NCBI GenBank assembly: GCA_903872505.1
Contig: CAIQKV010000042.1
Coordinates: forward strand, 1,139-65,138
Direction of reading: 5' to 3'
DNA length: 64,000 bases
Source: an uncultured Opitutia bacterium
Lineage (GTDB): Bacteria > Verrucomicrobiota > Verrucomicrobiia > Opitutales > Opitutaceae
Below the pieces are notes generated by a model. That model was given only the letters and a program-made list of their open reading frames with translations. It was not told the DNA's origin and did not search any database. Positions 10,715-19,298 of this stretch are shown in pieces (within the stretch, counting starts at the first letter, position 1; the number at the start of each line of letters is the position of its first letter). The position numbers and the translations under genes are program-made.

Positions 10715-12376
10715 ATGCGCGCTGATCCAAACTTCCGGCTGAAGATGGCAACCGAAGACTGGGAATTCGAGGCCATCCACCGCCTGAACTACCAGACCTT
10801 CGTCGAGGAAATCCCCCAGCACGCCCCCAACCCGGACGGCCGCCTCGTGGACCGGTTTCACGCGGAAAACCACTACGTCATCGCGCTGCAGGGCCGCCAG
10901 CTCGCCGGCATGCTGGCGCTGCGCTGGCACCGGCCGTTTTCCCTCGACGCCAAGGTGCCCGATCTCGACCAGTACCTTCCCGCCGGGCGCCGGCCGGTGG
11001 AGGCGCGGCTGCTTGCGGTGGCGCCGGGCTGCCGGCAGACGATCCTGTTCGCCGCGCTGTTCGAGCACGCCGCGGCATATTGCCGCGAGGCCGGCTATGA
11101 TCTCGCCGTGATCTCCGGCACCACGCGCCAGCTTCGGCTTTACCAGCACCTTGGCTTCATTCCCTTCGGCCCGATCGTCGGCACGGCCGCCGCGCCCTAC
11201 CAGCCGATGTACCTGACGCTGGAAAATTTCGGCCTGGTCCTGCAGAAAAGCCCGGCATTTCTTCGGGTCGGCGCGGCCGACCGGGCCGCCACCGCGACCC
11301 GCGCCTGCAACCTCCTGCCCGGCCCGGTGAACACGGCGCCCGAGGTGGACGCCGCGTTTGCCGCGCCCGCGATCTCCCACCGCAGCCCCGAGTTCCTCGC
11401 CCGGATGAACGACGTGCGCCGCCGGCTCTGCGAACTCACCGGCGCCCGCGAGGTGCAGGTCCTGACCGGCTCCGGCTCGCTGGCCAACACCGTGGTGGCC
11501 GCCCAGCTCTCGCTCCACGACACGACCGGGCTCGTGATCGCCAACGGCGAGTTCGGCGAACGGCTGGCCGACGAGGCGCGCCGGGCGCACCTGCGCTTCG
11601 ACACGCTTCGCGTGCCCTGGGGCACGCCGTTCAACCTCCGGCAGGTCGACGCCCTCGCGGCGCGCCTCCCGCGTGGCGGGTGGCTCTGGTTCGTGCAGCA
11701 CGAGACGTCGACCGGCATGCTCAATCCCCTCGACGAGCTGAAGGCCCTCGCCGCGCACCGCGGCCTCCACCTGTGCGTGGACTGCGTCAGCACCATCGGG
11801 GCGATGCCCGTGGACCTGCGCGGCGTGCACCTGGCGACCGGGACCAGCAGCAAGGGCCTCGGCGCCTACCCGGGATTGTCCCTCGTGTTCCATGACTACG
11901 AGCCGAAGGAGGAACCGGAGCGCCTGCCCGGCTATATCGACCTCGGCCACTGGGCGGTGCACGCGAGCGTGCCGCACACGCATTCCTCCAACCTCGTCGG
12001 CGCCCTCGCCGTCGCGCTGCGCGCCGTCACGCCGGCCCGCATGGAACGCATCCGGGAGAACGCCGTGTGGCTGCGCCGGACGTTGCGCGCGGAAGGCTGC
12101 ACCCTGGTCACCCCGGACGCCGCCGCCTGCCCGGGCATCGTGACCATCGCGCTGGACACGGGCCTGACCGCGGGCGAGGTCGGCGCCGCCCTCGAGCAGC
12201 GCGGCTTCCTCCTCAATTTCCGCAGCCGCCACATGCTCGCGCGCAACTGGATCCAGGTCTCGCTGCTCGGCGACCCCCCGCGCGCCTGGCTGCAAAGCCT
12301 GCTGCCGGTGCTGCGCTCGCTGCGCGTCTGCCGCGCCGCCGCGCCCGCTGCCATGGTTCCGGTGCCGCACCGCTAG
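10715..12376 (+). CDS. fusion protein: N-terminal GNAT/N-acyl-amino-acid-synthase-like acyltransferase plus C-terminal class V (AGT/SPT-like) aminotransferase
   Basis: 553 aa. Residues ~10-175 look like a GNAT fold (…LLAVAPGCRQTILFAALFEHAAAYCREAGYDLAVISGTTRQLRLYQHLGF). Residues ~195-553 have LLPGPV, HRSPEF, FVQHETSTG and TSSKGLGAYPGLS (PLP lysine). Confidence 0.75.
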   Translation: MRADPNFRLKMATEDWEFEAIHRLNYQTFVEEIPQHAPNPDGRLVDRFHAENHYVIALQGRQLAGMLALRWHRPFSLDAKVPDLDQYLPAGRRPVEARLLAVAPGCRQTILFAALFEHAAAYCREAGYDLAVISGTTRQLRLYQHLGFIPFGPIVGTAAAPYQPMYLTLENFGLVLQKSPAFLRVGAADRAATATRACNLLPGPVNTAPEVDAAFAAPAISHRSPEFLARMNDVRRRLCELTGAREVQVLTGSGSLANTVVAAQLSLHDTTGLVIANGEFGERLADEARRAHLRFDTLRVPWGTPFNLRQVDALAARLPRGGWLWFVQHETSTGMLNPLDELKALAAHRGLHLCVDCVSTIGAMPVDLRGVHLATGTSSKGLGAYPGLSLVFHDYEPKEEPERLPGYIDLGHWAVHASVPHTHSSNLVGALAVALRAVTPARMERIRENAVWLRRTLRAEGCTLVTPDAAACPGIVTIALDTGLTAGEVGAALEQRGFLLNFRSRHMLARNWIQVSLLGDPPRAWLQSLLPVLRSLRVCRAAAPAAMVPVPHR

Positions 12377-12653
12377 CCGCGGCGCCGGTGACCGGCGCCC
12401 GCCGGCGCGCGGTGCCGGCAGGTTGGCGCCTGCCCGCAGCGCCGGGGAGTGCAATTTTTGCGCACTGTGGAATCCCAATATATGCGCAATCGATTCGCCG
12501 GCCAACGGGATCGGCCGATCACTGCGATTCTGCCGTTCCCGTGGGGCTTGGTTATCGTTACCATCTAACCTTTAGCTGCTTACAAGTCATATCGTGCGGA
12601 TCGACGTCGTCTTTTGCATGAACATTCTTGGATAATTATTGATTAGATTACCT

Positions 12654-12674
12654 ATTCTTGTGACTGCACAGAAT
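12654..12674. promoter_or_regulatory. imperfect palindrome in the AT-rich leader of the hydrogenase operon (candidate operator)
   Basis: Sequence ATTCTTGTGACTGCACAGAAT. Arms ATTC..GAAT and TGTG..CACA pair with one extra T on the left. It lies about 60 nt upstream of the hydC ATG, in the lowest-GC stretch of the window. Confidence 0.2.
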
Positions 12675-12735
12675 TAACGTTGTTTATGGACTGTTCCGGT
12701 AGGGCGACCCACCTTGCTGGCCGCGAAGGGTGCAT

Positions 12736-13410
12736 ATGAAGACTAATCCGCCATTCCTTGGGACCGAAACTGCCGCCGCCGATCTGAAGCACTTTGATGA
12801 GGCTGCCCTCATCGACGTGCTCGAGAAGGTGGAGCAAAAGCACGGGTTTATCCCCCGCGACATCTCGGACGAGGTGGGGCGGCTGCTGGAGGTCCGGCTC
12901 GAGCGCCTCCGCCGGATCCAGGGCAAGCTCGACTCCACCATCCGGCGCGACGTCCAGCAGCACGTGGCCCACTGGCGCAACGAGGAGGGCAACCTGATCA
13001 TGATCCTCCACGCCATCCAGAACCAGTACGGGTACGTCCCGCGCGAGGTGGCGATGGAGCTCTCGCGCGAACTCGGCGTGAAGCTGGCGCGCATCTACGA
13101 GGTCATCACCTTCTACCACTACTTCAAGCTGCAGCCCCCGGGGGCGCACAACATCACCGTGTGCAATGGCACCGCCTGCTACCTCAAGGGCTCCGGCGAC
13201 CTGATTGGCGAACTCCGCACCCTGCTCGGGATTTCCGAGGGCCAGACCACCCCGGACCGCCAGATCCACTTCGACACGGTCCGTTGCATCGGCTGCTGCG
13301 GCATGGCCCCCGCCATGGTCGTCGACGGCAAGACCTGCGGACACGCCAAAACCTCGGATCTCGCCGGCCGCGTCGCGGCCCTCAAGGCCAAAAAGGAGAA
13401 CGCCGCATGA
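12736..13410 (+). CDS. hydC: [FeFe]-hydrogenase NuoE-like [2Fe-2S] subunit (HydC/HndA type) with N-terminal extension
   Basis: VCNGTACYLKG ... VRCIGCCGMAPAMVVDGK is the thioredoxin-like 2Fe-2S motif. The ATG at 12736 is preceded by GAAGGG. The stop overlaps the hydB start (ATGA). Confidence 0.9.
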   Translation: MKTNPPFLGTETAAADLKHFDEAALIDVLEKVEQKHGFIPRDISDEVGRLLEVRLERLRRIQGKLDSTIRRDVQQHVAHWRNEEGNLIMILHAIQNQYGYVPREVAMELSRELGVKLARIYEVITFYHYFKLQPPGAHNITVCNGTACYLKGSGDLIGELRTLLGISEGQTTPDRQIHFDTVRCIGCCGMAPAMVVDGKTCGHAKTSDLAGRVAALKAKKENAA

Positions 13411-15425
13411 AACCGCTCACCCGCCAGGACCTGGCCGCCCTCACCGCCCAGCCGGCGCCCCTGCCCGCCGAATGGATCCGCGTCCAGCTCGACACCGGGG
13501 GCATTGCCGCCGGCGCCGAGACGGTGCATACCGCGCTCGAACACTGCCGCGTCGAGCAGCACCTGCCTTTCACCCTGCTCCGGACCGGCTCGGTCGGCTA
13601 CTCCTTTGCCGACCCGGTGGTCGAGGTACAGGCCGCCGGGATGCCCCGCGTCCACTACGGCTGCATGACCCCCGAGCTGGCGCCCCAGCTGCTCGCCGAG
13701 CACTTCGGCGCCCACCGGCTGCTCGACGACCATGTGATCGCGACCCGGCGCCGCGGGCTCAAGCTCGACGCCCCCGTCACGCACGTGCTCGTGTGCGACA
13801 CCAGCGCCAGCTCCGGCAACAAGACCGAGTTTTTCCAGTTTTCCCTGCACGAGGAGCTCAAGCGCCGTGGTCTCGGCGACCGGGTCCAGGTGGTGCGGGC
13901 GCTCGACATGGGCATCTATGGCCAGGGGGCGGTCGTCCAGCTGCTCCCCGCCGCCGTCACCTACGCCAACGTCCTGGCGCCTGATGTCGCCCGGATCGTG
14001 GCCGAGTCGATCGAGGCGGGCCGCGTGCTCGACGACCTCCTGTGGAAAACCCCCGACAAGCAGGTGCGCATCGTCCTGCGGCATTGCGGCCAGGTCGACC
14101 CGGACAGCGCCGACGATTACCTGCGCCATGCCGAGGGCTACCAGGCCCTGGCCAAGGCGCTCTTCACCCTCACGCCGGAACAGGTCATTGCCGAGATGAA
14201 GGTCAGCGCCCTGCGCGGCCGCGGCGGCGCCGGTTTCCCCACCTGGCTGAAATGGCAGCTCACGCGCGCCCAGCCCGCCACCCAGCGCTACGTCATCTGC
14301 AACGGCGACGAGGGCGACCCCGGCGCATTCATGGACCGCAGCGTGCTCGAGAGCGACCCGCACACCGTCCTCGAGGGCATGATGATCGCGGCCTACGCCA
14401 TGGGTTCGTCCCAGGGCTACTTCTACATCCGGGCGGAATATCCCAAGGCCGTCGAACGCATCCAGCGCGCCCTGGAGCAGGCCCGCGAGCTGGGCCTGCT
14501 CGGCCGCAACATCCTCGGCAGCAAGTTCTGCTTCGACGCCAAGGTCCGCCTCGGCGCCGGCGCCTTCGTGTGCGGCGAGGAAACCGCCCTCATCGCCTCC
14601 ATCGAGGGCCGGCGTGGCAGCCCGAGCCCGCGGCCGCCCTACCCGTCCGTGCGCGGCCTGTGGGGCATGCCCACCGCCATCAACAACGTCGAGACCCTGG
14701 CCATCGTGCCCGCCATCCTGCTCAAGGGCGGCGCCTGGTTCGCCAGCCACGGCACCGACACCTCGAAGGGGACCAAGGTCTTCGCGGTCACCGGCAAGGT
14801 GCGCAACGCCCAGCTGGTCGAGGTGCCCATGGGCACGACCCTCCGCGAGATCGTCTGCGAGGTCTGCGGCGGCGTGCTCGACGGCAAGGAGATCAAGGCC
14901 GTCCAGACCGGCGGCCCCTCGGGCGGCGTGATCCCCGCCTCCCTCCTCGACACCCCGGTCAGCTACGAGACGCTCCAGCAGCTCGGCTCGATCATGGGCT
15001 CCGGCGGCATGCTCGTCATGGACAAGAGCGATTCCATGGTCGACGTCGCCAAGTTCTACCTCCGCTTCTGCGTGGACGAGTCCTGTGGCAAGTGCGCGCC
15101 CTGCCGCATCGGCGGCTACCAGCTCCTCCAGGTGCTGGATCGCATCTCCCGCGGCCGCGGCAACGCCGGCGACCTCGCACTCATCCACCGGGTCTGCCAT
15201 GCCATGCAGAAGGCCTCGCTCTGCGGCCTCGGCCAGACCGCCCCCAATCCCGTCCTGTCCACCTTGCGCTACTTTGGCGAGGAGTACCAGGCCTTCATCG
15301 AGGGCGGCCCGAGCTACGCCCGGAAAATGGGCAAGCCCACCCCGGCCGGGACGGCGGCCAAGCCGCCGCCCGCCGCCGGAGCCGCCCCCGCCACCGCCAC
15401 GCAGACGCAGGAGGTTTCGCCATGA
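13407..15425 (+). CDS. hydB: [FeFe]-hydrogenase NuoF-like flavoprotein subunit (NAD(P)H/FMN binding)
   Basis: Motifs GRGGAGFPTWLKW, ICNGDEGDPGAF and ESCGKCAPCRIGG...SLCGLGQTAPNPV. The true start is the ATG at 13407 (MKPLTRQDL), overlapping the hydC stop. The track ORF from 13161 is an artefactual extension. Confidence 0.9.
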   Translation: MKPLTRQDLAALTAQPAPLPAEWIRVQLDTGGIAAGAETVHTALEHCRVEQHLPFTLLRTGSVGYSFADPVVEVQAAGMPRVHYGCMTPELAPQLLAEHFGAHRLLDDHVIATRRRGLKLDAPVTHVLVCDTSASSGNKTEFFQFSLHEELKRRGLGDRVQVVRALDMGIYGQGAVVQLLPAAVTYANVLAPDVARIVAESIEAGRVLDDLLWKTPDKQVRIVLRHCGQVDPDSADDYLRHAEGYQALAKALFTLTPEQVIAEMKVSALRGRGGAGFPTWLKWQLTRAQPATQRYVICNGDEGDPGAFMDRSVLESDPHTVLEGMMIAAYAMGSSQGYFYIRAEYPKAVERIQRALEQARELGLLGRNILGSKFCFDAKVRLGAGAFVCGEETALIASIEGRRGSPSPRPPYPSVRGLWGMPTAINNVETLAIVPAILLKGGAWFASHGTDTSKGTKVFAVTGKVRNAQLVEVPMGTTLREIVCEVCGGVLDGKEIKAVQTGGPSGGVIPASLLDTPVSYETLQQLGSIMGSGGMLVMDKSDSMVDVAKFYLRFCVDESCGKCAPCRIGGYQLLQVLDRISRGRGNAGDLALIHRVCHAMQKASLCGLGQTAPNPVLSTLRYFGEEYQAFIEGGPSYARKMGKPTPAGTAAKPPPAAGAAPATATQTQEVSP

Positions 15426-17167
15426 TCACCGCACGCATCAACCAAATCGAAGTCCAGGTTCCGGAGGGAACGAGCATTCTCGACGCCGCCCGCCGGGTGC
15501 AGGTGAAGATCCCGACGCTCTGCAAGCACAAGGACCTCCTCGCCACCGCCGCGTGCGGCATCTGCATCGTCCGCAACAAGGGCGGCAACAAGATGATCCG
15601 CGCCTGCTGCACGCCCCTCGAGGAGGGCATGGAAATCACCACCCACGACCGCGAGATCGTCGACGTGCGCCGCTCCACCCTCGAGCTCATCCTCTCCAAC
15701 CACCCGCAGGCCTGCCTGACCTGCGGCCGCAACGGCGAGTGCGAGCTCCAGGCCCTCGCCGCCGACTTCAACATCCCGATGGAGTCGATCAAGCGGTACG
15801 TGAAGGACGTCCCGCCCGACACCTCCACCGGTTCCATCATCATCGACTTCACCAAGTGCATCAAATGCGGCCGCTGCGTCCAGGTCTGCCAGGATGTCCA
15901 GAACGTCTGGGCCCTCTCCTTCCTCGACCGCGGCATCAACACCCGCATGGCCCCCGCCGGCGACATCACCCTCGCCGAGTCCCCCTGCGTGAAATGCGGC
16001 CAGTGCTCCGCCCACTGCCCCACCGGCGCCATCGTCGAGAACGACGAAACGCCCGCCGTCTGGGAAGCCCTGCATGACAGCGGCAAGGTCTGCGTCGTGC
16101 AGATCGCGCCGTCCGTGCGCGTCACCGTCGGCGAGGCCTTCGGCCTGCCGCCCGGCACCAACCTCACCAAGAAGCTCTACGCCGCCCTGCGCCGCCTCGG
16201 CTTCCACGCCGTGTTCGACACCAACTTCTCGGCCGACGTCACCATCGTCGAGGAGGCCAGCGAGTTCCTCGAGCGCTTCGTCCACAAGCGCGGGCCGCTC
16301 CCGCTCATCACGTCCTGCTGCCCGTCGTGGACCGACTTCATGGAGAAGCGCCACTACGACTTCATCGACAACTTCTCCACCGCCAAGTCCCCGCAGCAGA
16401 TGCTCGGCGTCCTCGCCAAGACCTACTACGCCGAGCGGCTCAAGCTCGACCCGGCCAAGATCTACATGGTCTCGATCATGCCCTGCACGGCCAAGAAGTA
16501 TGAGCTCTCCCGCACCGAGGAGATGTTCGCCTCCGGCTTCAAGGACGTGGACGTCGCCCTCACCACCCGCGAGCTCGCCCGCATGCTCAAGCAGTCCGGC
16601 ATCGACTTCCTCAACCTCGCCGACGGCGAGCCCGACTCCATCCTCGGCGACTACTCCGGCGCCGGCACCATCTTCGGCGCCACCGGCGGCGTCATGGAGG
16701 CCGCCCTCCGCACCGCCTACTTCTACGCCACCGGCAAGAAGCTCGACAAAATCGAGGTCGAGTCCGTCCGCGGCCTCGCCGGCGTCAAGGAAGGCAAGCT
16801 CAACGTCGGCGGCGCCGAGATCCGCGTCGCCGTCGCCCACGGCCTCGCCAACGTCGAGACCGTCCTCGACCGCGTCCGCGAGGCCCGCAAGCAGGGCAAG
16901 GAAACGCCCTACCACTTCATCGAGGTGATGGCGTGCCCCGGCGGCTGCATCGGCGGCGGCGGCCAGCCCTACGGCGTGGACAACGAGCGCCGCAAGCTGC
17001 GCACCGCCGGCATGTACCAGGACGACCGCGACCACAAGATCCGCCACTCCCACGAGAACCCCGAGGTCATCCGGCTCTACGCGGACTTCCTCGGCAAGCC
17101 GCTCGGCAAGCGCGCGCACGAGCTGCTCCATACTCGCTACACGGCCCGGCCGCTCTATAAGCGGTGA
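15422..17167 (+). CDS. hydA: [FeFe]-hydrogenase catalytic subunit (M3-type, H-cluster)
   Basis: H-cluster motifs TSCCPSW, MPCTAKKYE and EVMACPGGCIGGGGQP. N-terminal 2Fe-2S, a His-ligated cluster and two CxxCxxCxxxCP motifs are present. The ATG at 15422 overlaps the hydB stop. Confidence 0.95.
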   Translation: MITARINQIEVQVPEGTSILDAARRVQVKIPTLCKHKDLLATAACGICIVRNKGGNKMIRACCTPLEEGMEITTHDREIVDVRRSTLELILSNHPQACLTCGRNGECELQALAADFNIPMESIKRYVKDVPPDTSTGSIIIDFTKCIKCGRCVQVCQDVQNVWALSFLDRGINTRMAPAGDITLAESPCVKCGQCSAHCPTGAIVENDETPAVWEALHDSGKVCVVQIAPSVRVTVGEAFGLPPGTNLTKKLYAALRRLGFHAVFDTNFSADVTIVEEASEFLERFVHKRGPLPLITSCCPSWTDFMEKRHYDFIDNFSTAKSPQQMLGVLAKTYYAERLKLDPAKIYMVSIMPCTAKKYELSRTEEMFASGFKDVDVALTTRELARMLKQSGIDFLNLADGEPDSILGDYSGAGTIFGATGGVMEAALRTAYFYATGKKLDKIEVESVRGLAGVKEGKLNVGGAEIRVAVAHGLANVETVLDRVREARKQGKETPYHFIEVMACPGGCIGGGGQPYGVDNERRKLRTAGMYQDDRDHKIRHSHENPEVIRLYADFLGKPLGKRAHELLHTRYTARPLYKR

Positions 17168-17182
17168 ATTGAATCACCGCTC

Positions 17183-19288
17183 ATGAGCCGATGCTCCCCA
17201 CCCTCACATCCGGGCGGGCTGCCAATCCGTGGCGGCTGGCGCTGGCTGCCACTGCTCGGGCTCACGCTCCTCCCCGGCTTTGGCGCCGAGCCGCCGGCCG
17301 GGACTGAGGCGCCCTACGTCCTGCCGCCGTGGATCATCGCGGAGCCGTCCGACCATTCGCGCCCGCCGGCGCGCGGGGATTATTTTGCCTCCACCCTCGG
17401 GCCTTCATCCGTCGTCACCGCCGCCGACTGGTCCGGCCGGGGCGTCACCACCCTGGCCGAGGCGCTGCGGGGCACGCCGGGCGTGATGCTGCAGGAAAGC
17501 TTCGGCGGCTTCGAGCCGCCGCGGCTCGCCATCCGCGGCTCCGGCCTCAACAGCGCGCCCACCAGCCGCGGCGTCGCCCTGCTGGTCGACGGCCTCCCGC
17601 TCGCGCGGGCCGACGGCGCCTTTAACAGCAGCCTGTTCGATCCCGGGCTGTTTCCGCGGATCGAGATCTACCGCGGCACGCTCCACATGGCCCTCACCCC
17701 CGCCGTGCTGGGCGGCGTCCTCAACGCCGACGCGCTCGCCCCCGACGGCGCGCCCGCCGTGCTCCTGCGCGCCGAGGGCGGCGACCACGGGTTGTTCCAC
17801 GCCCAGGTGACGGCCACGGGGCCGGCCCAGGCGGCGGCCTCGTTCCAAGCTTCGGACGGCTGGCGCGGCCACAGCGGCCAGGAGCGGTCCGCCCTCTCGC
17901 TCGCCACCCGTCGCACCCTCAGCCCGGCCGCGCTGCTCGAGGTCTCCGCCTACGCCGCCAAGGCGGACTATGATGTGCCCGGGCCGTTGACCCTCGCCGC
18001 CGCCACCGCCTCTCCCGACTCCGTCTCCGCGGCCGTGCTGCGCGACCAGCCGCGGCGTTCCTCCTCGGTCGTGCGCGCCGCCGCCCAGCTGAAAACCACC
18101 GCCGCCAGCGGCAATTTCGCCGCCGGCCTGGCGGGCCAGCAGTTTCGCGACGACTTCTATCAGCTCCAGCCCAACGGCGAGACCGACCTCGACGCCGGCG
18201 TGCTCACCGGCCACGCCACGTTCAGCCGGCGGCTGACCCTCGCCGACACCGAGCACCAACTCCTCGCCCGCGCCACGTTCACCACCGGCACCGATCAAAT
18301 CGACCGGTACCTCAACGTCCTCAGCCAGCGCGGCGCAGCCTTCGCCGCCTACGACACGCGCGCCAACACCGTCGCCCTCAGCGTCGAGGATGTCGCCTGG
18401 TTGCGCCCGACTTTGGCGCTCGGGGCCGGCTTCACGGCGCTGCACGGCCGCCGCGACCTCACCGGCCGCACGCCCAGCCCCGGCCTGCGCTCGTCGCTCG
18501 CCTTCGATGACCTCTCGCCCCGCGCCGCCCTGCTTTGGTCGCCGGATACCCGCCTGTCGGTGCATGCCGGCGTCTCGCGCAGCATCGAGCCCCCGACCTT
18601 CGACGATGTGGTCGCCGTATCGGGCACCTATCCCAATCTCACCGCGGCCGTCCATCCGCTCACGCCCCAGTCGGCCGTAACCTACGAGATCGGCGCCGGC
18701 GGCTCGGCCGGCCCCTTCGGCTGGAACCTCACCGCCTACCGGGCCGCGTGGCGCGGCGAGATCCTCCTGCTGGCCGACGCCGCCGGGCTGCCCCGCGGCG
18801 CGATCAACGCCGGCCGCACGCGACACGAGGGCCTCGAGTCCTCACTCAGCTGGCGCCTGCTGGAGGGGCCGCACCAGCTGACCCTCACGGCCACCTCGAC
18901 CATCGGGCACTACACGTTTGACGATGACGCCGTGTACGGGAACAACCGGATCGCCGGCGCCCCGCCGCACACCGGCAGCGCCGAGCTGCGGTACGAACAC
19001 CCGGCCGGCCTGTTGCTGGCGGTCGAATCCACCTGGGTGGGCGGGCCCATCCCCGTCGACAACGCGAACCGCCTGACCTACGGCGGCAACGTCCTCTGGC
19101 AGGTCCGCGGCGGCTGGCGGCCCGTGCCGCGGCTGCTGGTGTTTGCCACCGTGCGCAACGTCTTCGACCGCCCGCACATCGCCAGCACCGCCGGCGTGCT
19201 TGACGTTGCACGCAATCCGGCGGCCACCAGCATCTTTTTGCCCGGCTCCGGCCGGAACTTCATCCTCGGATTCGAATGGAAGCTCTGA
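17183..19288 (+). CDS. TonB-dependent outer-membrane receptor
   Basis: 701 aa with a signal peptide, a plug-type N-terminus (…LAEALRGTPGVMLQESFGGFEPPRLAIRGSG…), beta-barrel-type alternating sequence and a C-terminal aromatic-rich strand (ILGFEWKL). Confidence 0.85.
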   Translation: MSRCSPPSHPGGLPIRGGWRWLPLLGLTLLPGFGAEPPAGTEAPYVLPPWIIAEPSDHSRPPARGDYFASTLGPSSVVTAADWSGRGVTTLAEALRGTPGVMLQESFGGFEPPRLAIRGSGLNSAPTSRGVALLVDGLPLARADGAFNSSLFDPGLFPRIEIYRGTLHMALTPAVLGGVLNADALAPDGAPAVLLRAEGGDHGLFHAQVTATGPAQAAASFQASDGWRGHSGQERSALSLATRRTLSPAALLEVSAYAAKADYDVPGPLTLAAATASPDSVSAAVLRDQPRRSSSVVRAAAQLKTTAASGNFAAGLAGQQFRDDFYQLQPNGETDLDAGVLTGHATFSRRLTLADTEHQLLARATFTTGTDQIDRYLNVLSQRGAAFAAYDTRANTVALSVEDVAWLRPTLALGAGFTALHGRRDLTGRTPSPGLRSSLAFDDLSPRAALLWSPDTRLSVHAGVSRSIEPPTFDDVVAVSGTYPNLTAAVHPLTPQSAVTYEIGAGGSAGPFGWNLTAYRAAWRGEILLLADAAGLPRGAINAGRTRHEGLESSLSWRLLEGPHQLTLTATSTIGHYTFDDDAVYGNNRIAGAPPHTGSAELRYEHPAGLLLAVESTWVGGPIPVDNANRLTYGGNVLWQVRGGWRPVPRLLVFATVRNVFDRPHIASTAGVLDVARNPAATSIFLPGSGRNFILGFEWKL

Positions 19289-19298
19289 ACCCCCGCCC

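Noticed and set aside
12654-12674. Palindrome upstream of hydC as a Rex or CRP/FNR box.
   Set aside because: The spacing (TGTG-N4-CACA) and half-sites do not match the Rex (TTGTGAA-N4-TTCACAA) or CRP/FNR (TGTGA-N6-TCACA / TTGAT-N4-ATCAA) consensus. It is kept only as a low-confidence generic operator candidate.
13161-13406. N-terminal extensions of track ORFs (hydB from 13161, hydA from 14042, DMT from 19143, AKR from 19577, amidase from 20848, coiled-coil gene from 22218).
   Set aside because: The extensions overlap the preceding well-supported gene in another frame. Plausible internal ATG/GTG starts sit at or next to the upstream stop codons (ATGA/GTGA overlaps).
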